DNA of 64,000 nucleotides from Bacteroidales bacterium (lineage in GTDB: Bacteria > Bacteroidota > Bacteroidia > Bacteroidales > P3), in the NCBI GenBank assembly GCA_017524785.1, contig JAFXUY010000063.1:586-64585 (forward strand). Direction: 5' to 3'. A program made the position numbers and the translations under genes. Numbering within the stretch: position 1 is the first letter of the stretch; the number at the start of each line of letters is the position of its first letter. The notes under the pieces are model-generated. The model had not been told where the DNA came from and ran no database searches. It worked only from the letters and a program-made list of their open reading frames with translations. Shown here in pieces: positions 46,525 to 54,526 of the stretch.

Positions 46525-47790
46525 CTATGCCGGCACGATAATCTGCTCTGTCGAGCGGCTGCGCTGCTCGAGCAGTATGGGTCGCCCGGCAACAATGCTG
46601 TCGATAACTTCCTGCGTGTAGTAGCGGATGGTGACAAGCTGTAGGTTCTCGTTGTAGCGCACACGGAACATGCTCTTTAGCCGCTCTATCAACACCCCTA
46701 CCCTTTGCGGGTTGTTGTCAATGCAGATGGAAAAGCTCAAGGCCGAGTTCTGCATCAGGTTCACCCTGATTCCAAGCTCGTTGAGGATGCCGAAAATGAC
46801 CTGCAGGTTGTCCTCGGCTATGAACGAGTAGTCGCGCGGAAGGATGGAGAGCAGTATTTGGTCGTTCTTGAAGATGTAGAGGGGTGTCTCTGGACTGATT
46901 GCATGATAGTTGCCCACCGCCGAACCTTCGCCGTCGGGCGTGATGAACGAGCGTATGTAGAGCGGTATGCCCTTGTTCTGGATCGGCTTCACGGTCTTGG
47001 GGTGGATAACCGAGGCACCATAGTATGCCAGCTCGATGGCCTCGTTGTATGGTATCTGGCTTATCTTGACAGTGTCCTTGAAGAACTTGGGGTCGGCATT
47101 GAGGAAACCCGGCACGTCCTTCCATATGGTCACACTCTCGGCATCAAGGCAATAGGCCAGTATGGCCGCCGAATAGTCAGAGCCTTCGCGGCCGAGGGTG
47201 GTGGTCTGGTTCGAGTCCTTCACACTGCCGATAAAGCCCTGGGTAAGAACGACGTTATAGCCTCTGGCGGCATCGAGCATCAGGCGGCAGGTGCCCTGTG
47301 TGAACTCCCAGTTCACATGGCCCTCGCGGAAATGATTGTCGGTGATGATAATCTGGCGCGCATCGGCCAGCATTGTCTTGATACCTATCACGTTGAGATA
47401 GTGGGCAATGATAGTGGTCGACAGCACCTCGCCGAAGGACACCGTCTGGTCGTAGTTGTAGTTGTAGTCGTCCTTGGCCCTGAGCAGCTTGGTCGTGGTG
47501 TCGAAGCGCGACAATATGGATGTAATGTCGCCCTGAACATCCATGCTATCAGGCATCAAGGCTGTGGCAATACCGCGATGGTAGTCCTCCAGCTGCTGCC
47601 GCAGGGCCACGGCCTCCTCTTTCGATGACACGCCGGGTACCAGCTTCTCCAGCAGGTTGGTGGTCTTGCCCATGGCCGACACAACAACAACCAAAGGCGT
47701 TGATTCCAAGTGCTTTTGCACTATCTGCGCCATATTGCGCACCGCGTCGGCACTGTTCACCGAAGCTCCTCCGAATTTGAATACCTTCAT
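46525..47790 (-). CDS. lysC: aspartate kinase
   Basis: MKVFKFGGASV start, the GREGSDYSAA motif and C-terminal ACT-like repeats. Confidence 0.9.
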   Translation of the reverse strand: MKVFKFGGASVNSADAVRNMAQIVQKHLESTPLVVVVSAMGKTTNLLEKLVPGVSSKEEAVALRQQLEDYHRGIATALMPDSMDVQGDITSILSRFDTTTKLLRAKDDYNYNYDQTVSFGEVLSTTIIAHYLNVIGIKTMLADARQIIITDNHFREGHVNWEFTQGTCRLMLDAARGYNVVLTQGFIGSVKDSNQTTTLGREGSDYSAAILAYCLDAESVTIWKDVPGFLNADPKFFKDTVKISQIPYNEAIELAYYGASVIHPKTVKPIQNKGIPLYIRSFITPDGEGSAVGNYHAISPETPLYIFKNDQILLSILPRDYSFIAEDNLQVIFGILNELGIRVNLMQNSALSFSICIDNNPQRVGVLIERLKSMFRVRYNENLQLVTIRYYTQEVIDSIVAGRPILLEQRSRSTEQIIVPA

Positions 47791-47833
47791 AAGCCAAACA
47801 TTCAAACAATCATACAATCAAGCAATCAGGCGA

Positions 47834-48286
47834 TCAAGCCAATTCCCTCTCCATGTCCCGGCGCGAGTCTTTAGCCTTGATTGTCTCGCGTTTGTCGTAG
47901 TGGTGCTTACCCTTGGCCAAGGCAATGGTCAGCTTGGCATATCCGCGTGGATCGACATACAGCAGTTCGGGCACAATGGTGAAGCCGCGCTCCTTTATCT
48001 TGTTCTGCAGTTTGCGCAGCTCGCGACGGGTGAGCAACAGCTTGCGGTCGCGCTTGGCCTGATGGCCCCAGTAGCTGCCAAATTTATACTCCGAGATATG
48101 CATATCGCGCACAAACAGCTCGTTGCCGACAAAAGTGCACCATGCATCGTTGAGGTTGGCCTTGCCTTCGCGTATACTCTTTATCTCGCTGCCCATCAGC
48201 ACCAGGCCTGCATTGTACTCGTCAAGCAGAAAGTACTCGTATGCCGCGCGCTTGTTCTTTATCTCTATTTTGTTCTTCTCTTCCAT
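47834..48286 (-). CDS. smpB: SsrA-binding protein
   Basis: NKRAAYEYFLLDEYNAGLVLMGSEIKSIREGKANL and a basic C-terminal tail. Start at ATG 48286. Confidence 0.92.
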   Translation of the reverse strand: MEEKNKIEIKNKRAAYEYFLLDEYNAGLVLMGSEIKSIREGKANLNDAWCTFVGNELFVRDMHISEYKFGSYWGHQAKRDRKLLLTRRELRKLQNKIKERGFTIVPELLYVDPRGYAKLTIALAKGKHHYDKRETIKAKDSRRDMERELA

Positions 48287-48345
48287 ATACCCATCTACAA
48301 CGTCCGGATTGGAAAAATATTGCAAGCAGGTGCAAAAACCACTCA

Positions 48346-49071
48346 CTATCGCTTTTCTATCAGCCCGCCGTAGCTCTCAATGGCGTCCTGCATGGCCTCC
48401 TCGGTGGTGAACTGCTGGTAGTAGGTGCAGCGTGTCACTACGGTCTGCGATGAGCAGCGGTCACCATTGACGCGCACCAGAGCCCATCCGCGCATGTTGT
48501 CGGCGAATATCTCATCCACCAAGGCCATGCAGCCGTCGACCATGGAAAATTCGTCCAGCCCCACCACGCGCTCTTCGATGCTCAGCACCGGACAGGTGCC
48601 GAGAAGTTGCTGATGCAATGTATAGAGTATAAGCTGGTCGTCGCCATCCAAATCGCTTGGTTTCAGATTTGTGAGCAAAGCAGCGAGGCCATTGGCTTCG
48701 CCAAGCCATTGCTTCACGTGCGGCAACGTGCCGTCGCTCATAGGCATGTCGGGCAAGAGCAACGCACCCGTCGAACTGGGGCCACGGCTAGGCAAATAAA
48801 CCACCGGCAGACGGAAAGCCAGCGAGGCAAAGCGCGCATAGGCACTAGCCCCGCCGTAGAACCTCGGGCTATCCAGCAACATCACGGCCTGCCACAGAGC
48901 TGCCGTGTGCTTAATACGCATGCGCACATCGAATTGCGCCTTCGAGCGACGCTTGGGTTGCTTGCTGTGCGACGAACGCACTATCGTCTTGCCGTTTTTG
49001 GAGTAAAATGTTACTCCTGCACTCCTTACACTGCCGAGAACCAGCAGTCCTGTTGTTTTTTGTTTTGCCAT
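48346..49071 (-). CDS. hypothetical protein
   Basis: 241-aa ORF with a basic N-terminus (MAKQKTTGLLVLGSVRSAGVTFYSKNGKTIVRSSHSKQPKRRSKAQ). No motif I can name. Confidence 0.55.
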   Translation of the reverse strand: MAKQKTTGLLVLGSVRSAGVTFYSKNGKTIVRSSHSKQPKRRSKAQFDVRMRIKHTAALWQAVMLLDSPRFYGGASAYARFASLAFRLPVVYLPSRGPSSTGALLLPDMPMSDGTLPHVKQWLGEANGLAALLTNLKPSDLDGDDQLILYTLHQQLLGTCPVLSIEERVVGLDEFSMVDGCMALVDEIFADNMRGWALVRVNGDRCSSQTVVTRCTYYQQFTTEEAMQDAIESYGGLIEKR

Positions 49072-49122
49072 AATTTGTTTCTCCTATCTTATATGTCGGT
49101 ATTTACGCCACTGATTTACATA

Positions 49123-49195
49123 TTGTTCTTATGCTGTTCTTATGTTGTTCTTTAGTTTTTTTCTAAAGAACAACATAAGAACAGCATAAGAACAA
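49123..49195. repeat. 33-bp perfect inverted repeat with a 7-T spacer, built from 11-bp-spaced GTTCTTAT units
   Basis: Left arm TTGTTCTTATGCTGTTCTTATGTTGTTCTTTAG (49123-49155) is the exact reverse complement of 49163-49195. Confidence 0.95.
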
Positions 49196-49340
49196 CATAG
49201 GAAATGAGCAATTTGACAGGGAGTTACACCGCAGTCAGCCTATTCCTATCCAGCAGCAAAGATACAGCTTTTTTTTGACTCGTGCAAATTTTTCGTATTT
49301 CACATATCCAAGTTTTTTTTGTCATGTGATAATAATTATG

Positions 49341-49348
49341 TAACTTTG
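49341..49348 (+). promoter_or_regulatory. -7 promoter box TAACTTTG upstream of the GIY-YIG/T5orf172 gene
   Basis: Matches TAnnTTTG. Confidence 0.45.
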
Positions 49349-49466
49349 CAATTGATTATCCTCAATTACTAACTGACACAAAACCATCTAATCGTCTATT
49401 TTACAGGCATTTTGTAACAAGGTGGCGAATCAATTACATTTTGTGAATAAAACAAATAAAATAGCT

Positions 49467-50165
49467 ATGCAGAAAAAAGAAAAAACACAAAATGAAGAAA
49501 ATAATAAACCCGGGTATGTGTATATACTTACCAACCCAAGTTTCCGTGAAGACTGGGTTAAGATCGGAAAAAGTTCACGTCCTGTTGATGTGAGAAGCAA
49601 GGAACTGGATAATACAGCTGTGCCGCTACCATTCGAAATATATGCCACAATGCAGACAGTAAAATATGCCGAAATAGAGAAGATTATTCACAAACAGATA
49701 GACCGACTGACTGACCTCCGTATCCGTCAAAACCGTGAGTTTTTCAATGTAGATCCAGCTCAAGCACTCGATATTTTACTCGATTTGGCCGTTGCCTTTG
49801 ACGATGCTATAATAATGAAATACGATGGTGGTAAACCGTATCAATTATTCCCCGCTATAGAAAATACAAAGAAAATCCAACAGGAGGAAAAGAAATTGCA
49901 ACGTCCACCATTTAATTTCAACATGGTTGGACTTACAGTTGGCGACACTATCATTTTTGATGCCCTAAAATTACCCGTAACTGTCGCTGGGAAAAATAAG
50001 GTTGAATACGAGGGGCGTCTTTGGAGTTTATCAGCATTCTGCGGAACCTTTTTGCCAGACAATATGCATAACCCTAGCGAAAGCTACCAAGGTCCTAAAT
50101 ATTTTAGCTATAAAGGGAAAACGCTTTGGGAATTACGATTGGAAAGGGAAAAGTGCGGCCGCTGA
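49467..50165 (+). CDS. GIY-YIG / T5orf172 (MUG113-like) nuclease-family protein
   Basis: GYVYILTNPSFREDWVKIGKSSRPVDVRSKELDN motif block. ATG at 49467 is preferred over GTG 49422. Clearly AT-richer than the neighbouring genes. Confidence 0.72.
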   Translation: MQKKEKTQNEENNKPGYVYILTNPSFREDWVKIGKSSRPVDVRSKELDNTAVPLPFEIYATMQTVKYAEIEKIIHKQIDRLTDLRIRQNREFFNVDPAQALDILLDLAVAFDDAIIMKYDGGKPYQLFPAIENTKKIQQEEKKLQRPPFNFNMVGLTVGDTIIFDALKLPVTVAGKNKVEYEGRLWSLSAFCGTFLPDNMHNPSESYQGPKYFSYKGKTLWELRLEREKCGR

Positions 50166-50500
50166 TGATACATACCCGGCACTTTCCGCCACGGAGGTTT
50201 CACGCCATCACGCTCTTCCCCGTCATCTTCTACAATGAAAAGCCGATGACGGAGCAAGACATACGGCACGAGACGGTACACCTGTGGCAACAGGCACTGC
50301 TGCTCGTCGTACCGTTCTACCTGTTGTACGCTCTGTTCTGGCTGTGGGGCATACTGCGCCACCACGACAACCAAACGGCCTACCGCAATATACCTTTCGA
50401 ACGGTCGGCCTACGCCCTGGAGAAAGAAACCGAGGTAAAACCCCTGCGTCAGGCTTTCGACTGGTTACACTATCTCAAGCGTCGAGATAATGCTCTTTGA
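50165..50500 (+). CDS. small membrane protein with an HExxH motif (putative zincin-like)
   Basis: MIHTRHFPPRRFHAITLFPVIFYNEK...RHETVHLWQQ followed by a TM helix and NIPFERSAYALE. The start overlaps the upstream stop (TGATG). Confidence 0.55.
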   Translation: MIHTRHFPPRRFHAITLFPVIFYNEKPMTEQDIRHETVHLWQQALLLVVPFYLLYALFWLWGILRHHDNQTAYRNIPFERSAYALEKETEVKPLRQAFDWLHYLKRRDNAL

Positions 50501-51452
50501 CCTGATCCAACACTTGCTCGGTATCGGCAAGGTTGTTTGTGCTGACAAGTGCCAGACGATAGGGTTTGAAGTTGTATATCCCCTTAAAGTATGAACCGTA
50601 GTGCTTGCGCATCTCGAAGATGGCGGTGCGCTCACCTTTGAACTCGACAGCCATGCGGAGATGGCTTCGGCAGACGTCGACACGTTCGGCTACCGACACC
50701 TCGGAAATGTGTTCCCCGTGAAACAACTGTTGGCACTGCCTGAAAATCCATGGGTTACCGATTGCTCCGCGCCCAATTAGTATACCGTCGACACCGTAAC
50801 GCCTCTTGCTTTCAAGTGCTTGGGCAGCCGTTGTAATGTCTCCGTTACCAAAAATGGGTATATGTATCCTGGGGTTGTTCTTCACCTCACCTATCATTGT
50901 CCAGTCGGCAGTGCCGCTATACATCTGACTTTTAGTGCGTCCGTGAATGCTGAGGGCTACAATGCCCGTGTCCTGCAACGCCTCGGCGAAGTCTGTAACA
51001 TGCATGGAATCGGCATTATAGGCCAATCTTGTCTTCACCGTAACGGGCAAAGAGGCCCGTTTTACTATACTTTCGGTGATTCTAAGCATTTTAGGTATGT
51101 CCTGGAGGATGCCGGACCCTGCCCCTTTGCCCGCAACCTTGCGCACCGGACAGCCCCAGTTGATGTCGATGAAATCGGGCCCGTTTTGCTCCACAACCTC
51201 GAGGCACCGGAGCAGCTCATCCTCGTCGGCACCAAATATCTGGATGCCTATCGGATGCTGCCGCTCGGAGAAGCGCATCTTGCGAAGGCTCTTTTCGGCA
51301 TCGCGGTTCAACGCCTCGGAGGCTATGAACTCGGTGATGAGCAGGTCGGCACCGAACTCCTTGCACAGCTCCCGGAACGGCATGTCGGTGATGTCGTCCA
51401 TCGGCGAAAGGCCGACGAGGAAATCTTTGTCTGCAGGGAACGGGAACGGCAT
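50475..51452 (-). CDS. tRNA-dihydrouridine synthase
   Basis: SPMDDITDMPFRELCKEFGADLLITEFI, DINWGCP and SIHGRT motifs. Confidence 0.9.
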   Translation of the reverse strand: MPFPFPADKDFLVGLSPMDDITDMPFRELCKEFGADLLITEFIASEALNRDAEKSLRKMRFSERQHPIGIQIFGADEDELLRCLEVVEQNGPDFIDINWGCPVRKVAGKGAGSGILQDIPKMLRITESIVKRASLPVTVKTRLAYNADSMHVTDFAEALQDTGIVALSIHGRTKSQMYSGTADWTMIGEVKNNPRIHIPIFGNGDITTAAQALESKRRYGVDGILIGRGAIGNPWIFRQCQQLFHGEHISEVSVAERVDVCRSHLRMAVEFKGERTAIFEMRKHYGSYFKGIYNFKPYRLALVSTNNLADTEQVLDQVKEHYLDA

Positions 51453-51556
51453 ATTTAACGGCGAATTACTTTTTAACGGCTAATTATACGAATTGTGCGA
51501 AAGCTATGCAGGATGTTGTTGGCGAATTACTCGAATTTGGTGGATTGGGGTTTTCG

Positions 51557-53422
51557 TTAGCGGGCGAAGGTGAGGAGCAACACAGAGATATCGGCAGGCG
51601 ACACACCGCTGATGCGGGAGGCCTGTCCGATGGTGACGGGACGATAGCGGTTAAGCTTCTCGCGACACTCGTAGCTGAGGGCCGGAAGTTGGAAATAGTC
51701 GTATCCCGCCGGCAACGGTATGTCCTCGAACTTCAGTATGCGAGAAGCCACCTCCTGCTCTTTCTCGATATAACGCTGGTATTTTATTGAGGTCTCCACC
51801 TCCTGCTGCACCTCTTCGGGAAGCACCGCAAGGGCACCTTGGATAGTCGTATCGAGATCGCCTAACTCCTTTAGACTAAGCTCTGGACGCAGCAGAAGAG
51901 CGTCGAGACGCACCCTCTGGCTCAAAAGAGCCGACTTATGGGCCTCCAACCACTGGTTGGCATCGGTCGGAGAGACTGAAGTACTTTGGACTATGGATGT
52001 TAGGTCGGCTATCTGACACAACTTCTCCTCGAGTCGACGCATACGACTGTCGTCGGCCAAACCGATGGCGTGGGCCATGGGCGTGAGGCGCTGGTCGGCA
52101 TTGTCCTGACGGAGAAGTATGCGGTATTCGGCACGCGAGGTGAACATACGGTAAGGCTCGTCGACACCCTTGGTTACAAGGTCGTCGATAAGCACACCGA
52201 TATATGCCTGCGAGCGCGACAGGACGAACGGAGCTCGACCCAGCAGCTTGAGGGCAGCATTGGTGCCGGCCATGAGGCCTTGGCAGGCTGCCTCTTCATA
52301 GCCTGTGGTGCCATTGATCTGACCGGCGAAATATAAGTTCTCTACACTCTTGGTTTCAAGGGTATAGCCCAGCTGAGTGGGTGGAAAGTAGTCGTATTCG
52401 ATAGCATAGCCCGGTTTAAAGATGCGCGCATGCTCAAACCCACTGATACTATGTAATGCAGCAAGCTGTACTTCGATGGGAAGCGAGGAGGAAAAGCCGT
52501 TAAGATACCACGACTGCGAATGCCACCCCTCGGGCTCGACGAAGAGCTGGTGGTGGTCCTTGTCGGCGAAGCGGTCGATCTTGTCCTCGATAGAAGGGCA
52601 GTAGCGCGGGCCTCGCCCCTGGATGCGACCAGTGAACATGGGCGACTGGGCGAAACCAGTTCGTAGTATATCGTGTGTATGGAGGTTGGTATTGGCCAGA
52701 TAGCATGACCTTTGGCTAGAGAGAGGCTTGGTGTCGGAGAAGGAGAACTTGGCAGGCTGCTCGTCGCCAGGCTGCTCTACGAGCTTGTCGAAATTGATGG
52801 TGCGTCCGTCGACACGCACAGGAGTACCTGTCTTGAGACGCTGCACCTCGAAGCCGAGGTCACGCAGTTGGTCGGAGAGTCCGATGGCCGAGGCCTCCCC
52901 CACCCTACCGCCACGCCACGATTCAGTGCCGATATATATAGTGCCGTTGAGGAATGTGCCGTTTGTCAATACAACAGCGCGCGCGGGTATGGTATGACCC
53001 ATGCGGGTGACCACCCCACTGACGGCATCACCGTCGAGGGTGAGCGCCGTGACTTCGTCCTGCCAAAGGGCAAGGTTAGGAATGCTCTCGAGCACTTGAC
53101 GCCAGTTGAGCGAGAAGAGCATGCGGTCGCATTGTGCCCGCGGGCTCCACATGGCCGGACCTTTCGACTGGTTGAGCATGCGGAACTGGATAGCCGAACG
53201 GTCGGTTACAATACCGCTCCACCCACCGAGGGCATCGATCTCGCGCACTATCTGTCCTTTTGCCACACCACCCATAGCGGGGTTGCACGACATCTGACAG
53301 ATGGCATCGAGCATCTGAGTTACGAGTAGCACACGACAACCCAGATGCGCTGCCGCCGCCGCTGCCTCTGCCCCTGCATGACCAGCACCAACAACTACTA
53401 TATCGTAAGGCTCAAATTGCAT
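51557..53422 (-). CDS. mnmG: tRNA uridine-5-carboxymethylaminomethyl(34) synthesis enzyme MnmG
   Basis: YDIVVVGAGHAGAEAA FAD motif, GPRYCPSIEDK, and the C-terminal GQASRISGVSPADISVLL. Confidence 0.95.
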   Translation of the reverse strand: MQFEPYDIVVVGAGHAGAEAAAAAAHLGCRVLLVTQMLDAICQMSCNPAMGGVAKGQIVREIDALGGWSGIVTDRSAIQFRMLNQSKGPAMWSPRAQCDRMLFSLNWRQVLESIPNLALWQDEVTALTLDGDAVSGVVTRMGHTIPARAVVLTNGTFLNGTIYIGTESWRGGRVGEASAIGLSDQLRDLGFEVQRLKTGTPVRVDGRTINFDKLVEQPGDEQPAKFSFSDTKPLSSQRSCYLANTNLHTHDILRTGFAQSPMFTGRIQGRGPRYCPSIEDKIDRFADKDHHQLFVEPEGWHSQSWYLNGFSSSLPIEVQLAALHSISGFEHARIFKPGYAIEYDYFPPTQLGYTLETKSVENLYFAGQINGTTGYEEAACQGLMAGTNAALKLLGRAPFVLSRSQAYIGVLIDDLVTKGVDEPYRMFTSRAEYRILLRQDNADQRLTPMAHAIGLADDSRMRRLEEKLCQIADLTSIVQSTSVSPTDANQWLEAHKSALLSQRVRLDALLLRPELSLKELGDLDTTIQGALAVLPEEVQQEVETSIKYQRYIEKEQEVASRILKFEDIPLPAGYDYFQLPALSYECREKLNRYRPVTIGQASRISGVSPADISVLLLTFAR

Positions 53423-53434
53423 GGTTTATGATAT

Positions 53435-53878
53435 TTAGCCCTCACGTTGCACGTGAAACATTTCGTTCCACAACGACAATGCCTCTTCTTCCTGACGGCG
53501 CATCTCGGTTGCCTCAGTGTCGGACTTATCGCCTTGGCCCAGTAGGTGCAGCACGCCATGGATGACGACACGGTGTAGCTCCTGCTCGAAGGGTACGCCG
53601 AACTTGGCGGCATTCTCCCCCACCCTATCGACACTGATCATAATATCGCCCGAGATAAGCCCACCGGCAACATAGTCGAAAGTGATGATGTCGGTATAAG
53701 TGTCGTGGTCGAGGTACTGACGGTTGACACCAAGGAGGTACTCGTCGTCGCAAAAAAGATAATTGATGTTGCCAATCTGCTTTCCACGGCGAACGACAAC
53801 CTCGGAGACCCAACGCTTGACTTTTTCGGCCTCAAATAGTTCGAAATTCACAGTTTGACAAGAAAAGCGGATAGCCAT
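53435..53878 (-). CDS. ybeY: rRNA maturation RNase YbeY
   Basis: HGVLHLLGQGD zinc motif; 147 aa. Confidence 0.9.
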   Translation of the reverse strand: MAIRFSCQTVNFELFEAEKVKRWVSEVVVRRGKQIGNINYLFCDDEYLLGVNRQYLDHDTYTDIITFDYVAGGLISGDIMISVDRVGENAAKFGVPFEQELHRVVIHGVLHLLGQGDKSDTEATEMRRQEEEALSLWNEMFHVQREG

Positions 53879-54011
53879 ATTATCTAGTATACTCTATTGA
53901 TTATCAATAATATATTTGAAAAAACACGGTGTTTTTCCTCAAAATGCGCACCAAATTTATAGCTAGGATGGACAGATACACTGCCCATTGAACGGAAAAC
54001 GAGGAACGGAA

Positions 54012-54467
54012 TCATGCCGCCACGGTAGCGAAGTGCTCTTGAAGGATGGCGATACGCTCGAGGGCGTCGGCAGGGTCGATACCACTGACCTCGAACTCGA
54101 GGCGCACCATCCGACCGCCATCGGAGAATGTCATCCGGTCGGCAAGCGACTTCATGATGAATATACCCTCGCCGACCGTCTGGTCACCTGTGGGCAACTG
54201 ACCGAAATGCGAGAAGTCGAAACCCATGCCCTGGTCGGCCACCTCGGCGAAGATACCGCCGCGGCAAGTGCCAAAAGTGACGGAGACCTGCTTCTCGGCA
54301 TCGGAGCTGTTGCCATGCACGATGGCATTCTCCACAGCCTGCATCACAGCCACCGACACAGCAGAGTAATAATTGCCCACATTGCATTCGCGGCAAAAGT
54401 GGAATAGACGCTCCTCTACGAGGGGCATATTTGCAATATCGGACTGTATAACAAAGGATTCCGTCAT
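54012..54467 (-). CDS. RsbW/SpoIIAB-like ATP-binding protein (anti-sigma-type Ser kinase fold)
   Basis: AVENAIVHGN (N box), VADQGMGFD (G1-like) and GEGIFIMKSLADRM blocks; 151 aa. Confidence 0.68.
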   Translation of the reverse strand: MTESFVIQSDIANMPLVEERLFHFCRECNVGNYYSAVSVAVMQAVENAIVHGNSSDAEKQVSVTFGTCRGGIFAEVADQGMGFDFSHFGQLPTGDQTVGEGIFIMKSLADRMTFSDGGRMVRLEFEVSGIDPADALERIAILQEHFATVAA

Positions 54468-54526
54468 TGTGGCACTAATGTTTTCTCACGGCAAATATAC
54501 AAAAATTATCTTAATAGCCAGAAAAA

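Noticed and set aside
53896-53910. Palindrome ATTGAT-T-ATCAAT just upstream of ybeY.
   Set aside because: It has 6-bp AT-rich arms in an AT-rich intergenic stretch, which is expected by chance, and no second copy occurs in the window.
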